This document shows positions 62,301 to 64,000 of a stretch of DNA of 64,000 nucleotides, piece after piece. The stretch lies in assembly GCA_051362555.1 (NCBI GenBank), contig CM120645.1, forward strand, positions 6,200,001-6,264,000, written 5' to 3'. The position numbers and the translations under genes were made by a program. The stretch comes from Lingula anatina. Lineage: Eukaryota > Animalia > Brachiopoda. How positions within the stretch are numbered: position 1 is the first letter of the stretch; each line of letters starts with the position of its first letter. The notes under the pieces are model-generated. The model had not been told where the DNA came from and did not search any database. It saw nothing but the letters and a program-made list of their open reading frames with translations.

Positions 62301-63235
62301 CTAGTACAATGTAGTCCATTCTACAAAAGCACAGCCAATCAATATACATATATCTAAAATATGATAAACATATTTTTAACTTTTTAGTCTGAAATGGAAG
62401 CATTTGAATTTTGAATGCTTCTGGGTCCAATGTTTTTTTTTATTATATCAAGAGTGTCGTACATGGAATAGGTCCAAAACATGACACAGTGGATGCACTT
62501 CATTCATCACAAGAACAGGGAACAATTTAAAACAGTTTGTAGTGATACCACAGAAACAGACCAATGTCATCCTGTATGCATGCGCAATGAGTTAAGCAAG
62601 GTAGACCGAGGTAGCATAAAAGAATTGGGCCTTTTTTCTATATCCACGGTCAATAACCCAGTCCAATGCCCAAGCAAATTGTGCTATAACCGGACAAATA
62701 CACCACATGGCATCAAATGGTTGATGAATGAAGGTAACCCAGTGTTTATATATGAATCACAAACTCCTGGCATTAATGCTCCAACTCCAGCCTTACCTTA
62801 CCATCTCCATACCACACCAACTCCTGCCTTACCTTTCCACCCTCATACCACACCAACTCCTGCCTTACCTTCCATCCTCATACCACACCAACTCCTGCCT
62901 TACCTTCCATCCTCATACCACACCAACTCCAGCCTTACCTTTCCACCCTCATACCACACCAACTCCAGCCTTACCTTTCCACCCTCATACCACACCAACT
63001 CCAGCCTTACCTTTCCACCCTCATACCACACCAACTCCAGCCTTACCTTTCCACCCTCATACCACACCAGTGCATGGTTCCTGGATAGCACCTTGCAGTC
63101 AAATATGGCATTATTGGTGGCAGGTCTCGCCCGGGCCACAGCCCTCCCTATTTTCACAGGCTCAGTGAGGGGAACATGGCGTTCTTGGAATGGATGTGAA
63201 TTTGGTCGGCAAATAAAAATGGCAAGTGCAGTCAT
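30685..63235 (-). CDS. SLMAP: SLMAP (sarcolemmal membrane-associated protein; FHA + coiled coil + tail anchor), whole gene, 30 coding exons, about 990 aa
   Basis: Exons join in frame across GT..AG introns. The N-terminus [21 protein letters not shown]...[26 protein letters not shown] and the segments [19 protein letters not shown] and [13 protein letters not shown] closely match vertebrate SLMAP as I recall it. Summed exon length is 2973 nt including the stop. Confidence 0.96.
31055..31189 (-). CDS. SLMAP: SLMAP coding exon 29
   Basis: [45 protein letters not shown] |GTAAGG; 135 nt. Confidence 0.92.
31528..31687 (-). CDS. SLMAP: SLMAP coding exon 28
   Basis: [53 protein letters not shown] |GTGAGA; 160 nt. 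Confidence 0.92.
31852..31927 (-). CDS. SLMAP: SLMAP coding exon 27
   Basis: [26 protein letters not shown] |GTAAGG; 76 nt, phase 1-2; tandem CAGCAG acceptor. Confidence 0.88.
31964..31990. repeat. (AC)n microsatellite
   Basis: seen directly. Confidence 0.95.
32211..32321 (-). CDS. SLMAP: SLMAP coding exon 26
   Basis: [37 protein letters not shown] |GTTTGT; 111 nt, phase 1-1. Confidence 0.82.
32383..32414. repeat. (TG)n microsatellite
   Basis: seen directly. Confidence 0.95.
32461..32523 (-). CDS. SLMAP: SLMAP coding exon 25
   Basis: [21 protein letters not shown] |GTAGGT; 63 nt, phase 1-1. Confidence 0.88.
33679..33741 (-). CDS. SLMAP: SLMAP coding exon 24
   Basis: [21 protein letters not shown] |GTGAGT; 63 nt, phase 1-1. 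Confidence 0.88.
33997..34294. mobile_element. Imperfect ~300 bp palindrome, probably a Penelope-like terminal-repeat remnant with two decayed hammerhead-like cores
   Basis: The arms align as reverse complements; each carries CTGATGA, then a CTTG/CAAG hairpin, then a decayed CGAAAC. Confidence 0.55.
35292..35354 (-). CDS. SLMAP: SLMAP coding exon 23
   Basis: [21 protein letters not shown] |GTATGT; 63 nt, phase 1-1. Confidence 0.88.
35499..35624 (-). CDS. SLMAP: SLMAP coding exon 22
   Basis: [42 protein letters not shown] |GTAAGC; 126 nt, phase 1-1. Confidence 0.9.
35889..35951 (-). CDS. SLMAP: SLMAP coding exon 21
   Basis: [21 protein letters not shown] |GTAAGT; 63 nt, phase 1-1. Confidence 0.88.
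36202..36371. repeat. Tandem duplication, 2 x 86 bp
   Basis: ATGTTGAAAATATATTCCATATT...AAATGTACAACATGAAATGCA starts at 36202 and 36288 with few mismatches. Confidence 0.92.
38038..38100 (-). CDS. SLMAP: SLMAP coding exon 20 (probable cassette exon)
   Basis: CCCTGCAG| [21 protein letters not shown] |GTATCC; 63 nt, phase 1-1; weaker donor. Confidence 0.65.
39030..39281 (-). CDS. SLMAP: SLMAP coding exon 19
   Basis: [47 protein letters not shown]...[13 protein letters not shown] |GTAAGA; 252 nt, phase 1-1. Confidence 0.9.
39954..40016 (-). CDS. SLMAP: SLMAP coding exon 18
   Basis: [21 protein letters not shown] |GTGGGT; 63 nt, phase 1-1. Confidence 0.87.
40597..40662 (-). CDS. SLMAP: SLMAP coding exon 17
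   Basis: [22 protein letters not shown] |GTAAGT; 66 nt, phase 1-1. Confidence 0.87.
41369..41431 (-). CDS. SLMAP: SLMAP coding exon 16
   Basis: [21 protein letters not shown] |GTATGT; 63 nt, phase 1-1. Confidence 0.88.
41600..41662 (-). CDS. SLMAP: SLMAP coding exon 15
   Basis: [21 protein letters not shown] |GTAAGT; 63 nt, phase 1-1. Confidence 0.88.
41898..41939 (-). CDS. SLMAP: SLMAP coding exon 14
   Basis: (G)[13 protein letters not shown] |GTAAGT; 42 nt, phase 1-1. Confidence 0.85.
42851..43009 (-). CDS. SLMAP: SLMAP coding exon 13 (low-complexity acidic; probable cassette exon)
   Basis: TTTCCAG| (T)[52 protein letters not shown] |GTAAGG; 159 nt, phase 1-1, open frame. Confidence 0.72.
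44491..44532. repeat. (AC)21 microsatellite
   Basis: seen directly. Confidence 0.95.
44605..44685 (-). CDS. SLMAP: SLMAP coding exon 12
   Basis: CTCACAG| (S)[26 protein letters not shown] |GTAAGA; 81 nt, phase 1-1. Confidence 0.82.
44888..44930. repeat. (GT)21 microsatellite
   Basis: seen directly. Confidence 0.95.
45212..45271 (-). CDS. SLMAP: SLMAP coding exon 11
   Basis: [20 protein letters not shown] |GTAAGT; 60 nt, phase 1-1. Confidence 0.88.
45629..45797 (-). CDS. SLMAP: SLMAP coding exon 10
   Basis: [56 protein letters not shown] |GTAACA; 169 nt; contains the conserved LQADNDFT motif. Confidence 0.94.
46062..46199 (-). CDS. SLMAP: SLMAP coding exon 9
   Basis: [46 protein letters not shown] |GTACGC; 138 nt. 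Confidence 0.94.
46424..46486 (-). CDS. SLMAP: SLMAP coding exon 8
   Basis: [21 protein letters not shown] |GTAAGT; 63 nt, phase 0. Confidence 0.94.
47910..47987 (-). CDS. SLMAP: SLMAP coding exon 7
   Basis: [26 protein letters not shown] |GTACGA; 78 nt. Confidence 0.94.
48354..48425 (-). CDS. SLMAP: SLMAP coding exon 6
   Basis: [24 protein letters not shown] |GTAAGG; 72 nt. Confidence 0.95.
48523..48582. repeat. Compound (AAT)/(AAG)/(AAC)n microsatellite
   Basis: seen directly. Confidence 0.9.
48597..48692 (-). CDS. SLMAP: SLMAP coding exon 5
   Basis: [32 protein letters not shown] |GTAAGG; 96 nt. Confidence 0.95.
50250..50315. repeat. (GT)n followed by (GCAT)n
   Basis: seen directly. 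Confidence 0.92.
50344..50425 (-). CDS. SLMAP: SLMAP coding exon 4
   Basis: TTTCAG| [28 protein letters not shown] |GTATGT; 82 nt. Confidence 0.92.
50581..50639. repeat. (TAA)n microsatellite
   Basis: seen directly. Confidence 0.92.
52145..52211 (-). CDS. SLMAP: SLMAP coding exon 3
   Basis: TTTCAG| [22 protein letters not shown] |GTGAGT; 67 nt. Confidence 0.93.
52623..52660. repeat. (CA)n(CT)n microsatellite abutting the SLMAP exon 2 donor
   Basis: seen directly. Confidence 0.92.
52663..52810 (-). CDS. SLMAP: SLMAP coding exon 2 (FHA C-half)
   Basis: TTTCCAG| [49 protein letters not shown] |GTAGAG; 148 nt. Confidence 0.95.
54558..54603. repeat. (TG)n plus poly-G tract
   Basis: seen directly. 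Confidence 0.9.
56365..56425. repeat. (TG)n microsatellite with degenerate tail
   Basis: seen directly. Confidence 0.9.
58455..58619 (+). mobile_element. End fragment of a Helentron-associated (HINE/pearl-like) non-autonomous element
   Basis: GATCCGGATC palindrome, (ACAA)n tract, then AAAACATA and the terminal hairpin ACCTCC-TTGGC-GGAGGT; family assigned from recalled architecture only. Confidence 0.5.
59267..59303. repeat. (TC)n microsatellite
   Basis: seen directly. Confidence 0.95.
62781..63069 (-). repeat. Minisatellite, 8 units of 35-36 bp spanning the SLMAP exon 1 donor site
   Basis: Minus-strand unit TGGTATGAGGGTGGAAAG|GTAAGGCTGGAGTTGGTG; exon ends possible at 63047, 63011, 62975, 62939, 62904, 62869, 62833, 62797. 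Confidence 0.97.
63047..63235 (-). CDS. SLMAP: SLMAP coding exon 1 (FHA N-half)
   Basis: ATG at 63235; [63 protein letters not shown]; donor AAG|GTAAGG; 189 nt, phase 0. Confidence 0.95.
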
Positions 63236-63479
63236 GTTGTTGTACAAAATTTTGAAGCTCCTCCTTCTGGCATACGCATATATATCACTTCATAGGCAAT
63301 TTCAGAGCTCCACGTCTTTAGTGACAACTTCCCAGCGGTTCGTTTGAGCAGCGTGACAGCATTACATGACTTGGTTGACACGAATCTCCCACAGAACCAG
63401 TCAGGACGTCTTCGCGCTTGTAATCACACCCATTGAAAATCGCTCTTACACTGAAGTCACAATTATCCCATATTCAAAA

Positions 63480-63620
63480 CTGGAAAATAAAGAGAGAGTC
63501 TCCATAATCTGATGTGACAGTTAAATCTGTTAATGAGCATCTGCGTTAGCTAAAATACAAACATTGATCCCATCCCAGTTGAACCCGAGTCGGCCATCTT
63601 GAAACTAAGATACACATCCC
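63480..63620 (-). promoter_or_regulatory. Possible SLMAP transcription start region
   Basis: AAGATGGCCG (YY1-like) on the minus strand at 63591-63600 with local CpG enrichment; an acceptor-like TTTTCCAG at 63480 leaves an upstream UTR exon possible. Confidence 0.35.
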
Positions 63621-64000
63621 CTCTGTGTTTTATTGAATGGATCCTGTTGCATTTTAACAGTCATGAAGGATTTTTGTAATGCTAAGATAATCAAGAGTCG
63701 TGTGGGAAATACATGTTGTTGTCACTCATCAATCAGACCCCATCTTACCTAAGCAATATATTCAAGGAAGTCCCGCAACCTCTGACCGTAGACAGCCATG
63801 ATTTTTTTTTGTTGAAGCGACCTCGATCTCAAACTAGGTCAAATGAATACTCTCTATCAATTTTAACTATTTTAAACATTTCACTCGATATAATTAGTAA
63901 TGTAAATTAAGTTCATTATGATTTTGGTTCAGATATAAGCTTTCATTTGGCAAATTAAAAAATTACCGTGACTCTGTGGCTCTACGTCTTCAAGCTATAT

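Noticed and set aside
62781-63069. Regular 36 bp repeat resembling a CRISPR array
   Set aside because: Units are contiguous with no unique spacers, there are no cas genes, and the context is eukaryotic.
62481-63347. 288 aa and 146 aa plus-strand ORFs with [11 protein letters not shown] / [11 protein letters not shown] repeats
   Set aside because: They are antisense readings of SLMAP exon 1 and the stop-poor minisatellite, with no independent coding signal.

Overview
Animal genomic DNA (AT-rich, intron-rich, many microsatellites), probably an invertebrate bilaterian; the taxon cannot be fixed from the sequence. Two spliced genes lie head-to-tail on the minus strand. (1) A complete SLMAP gene: I assembled 30 coding exons by hand (63235 to 30685, about 990 aa if all are included), encoding an FHA domain, a long coiled coil and a C-terminal tail anchor. 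(2) About 1 kb downstream, the 5' part of a prickle gene (Cys-rich region, PET domain, first LIM domain) that runs off the left edge. Most unusual observations: a tandem array of 35-36 bp units that copies the first SLMAP coding 5' splice site eight times; older, decayed exon/intron-junction duplications at three other exons in both genes; a run of 16 frame-symmetric phase-1 SLMAP exons, 11 of them whole heptad multiples; complementary AC/GT tracts bracketing two exons; a ~300 bp palindrome with two decayed hammerhead-like cores; and a young MITE beside a prickle donor site. Exon calls come from manual translation and splice-site reading, not from transcript data. Most ORFs in the supplied track are spurious.
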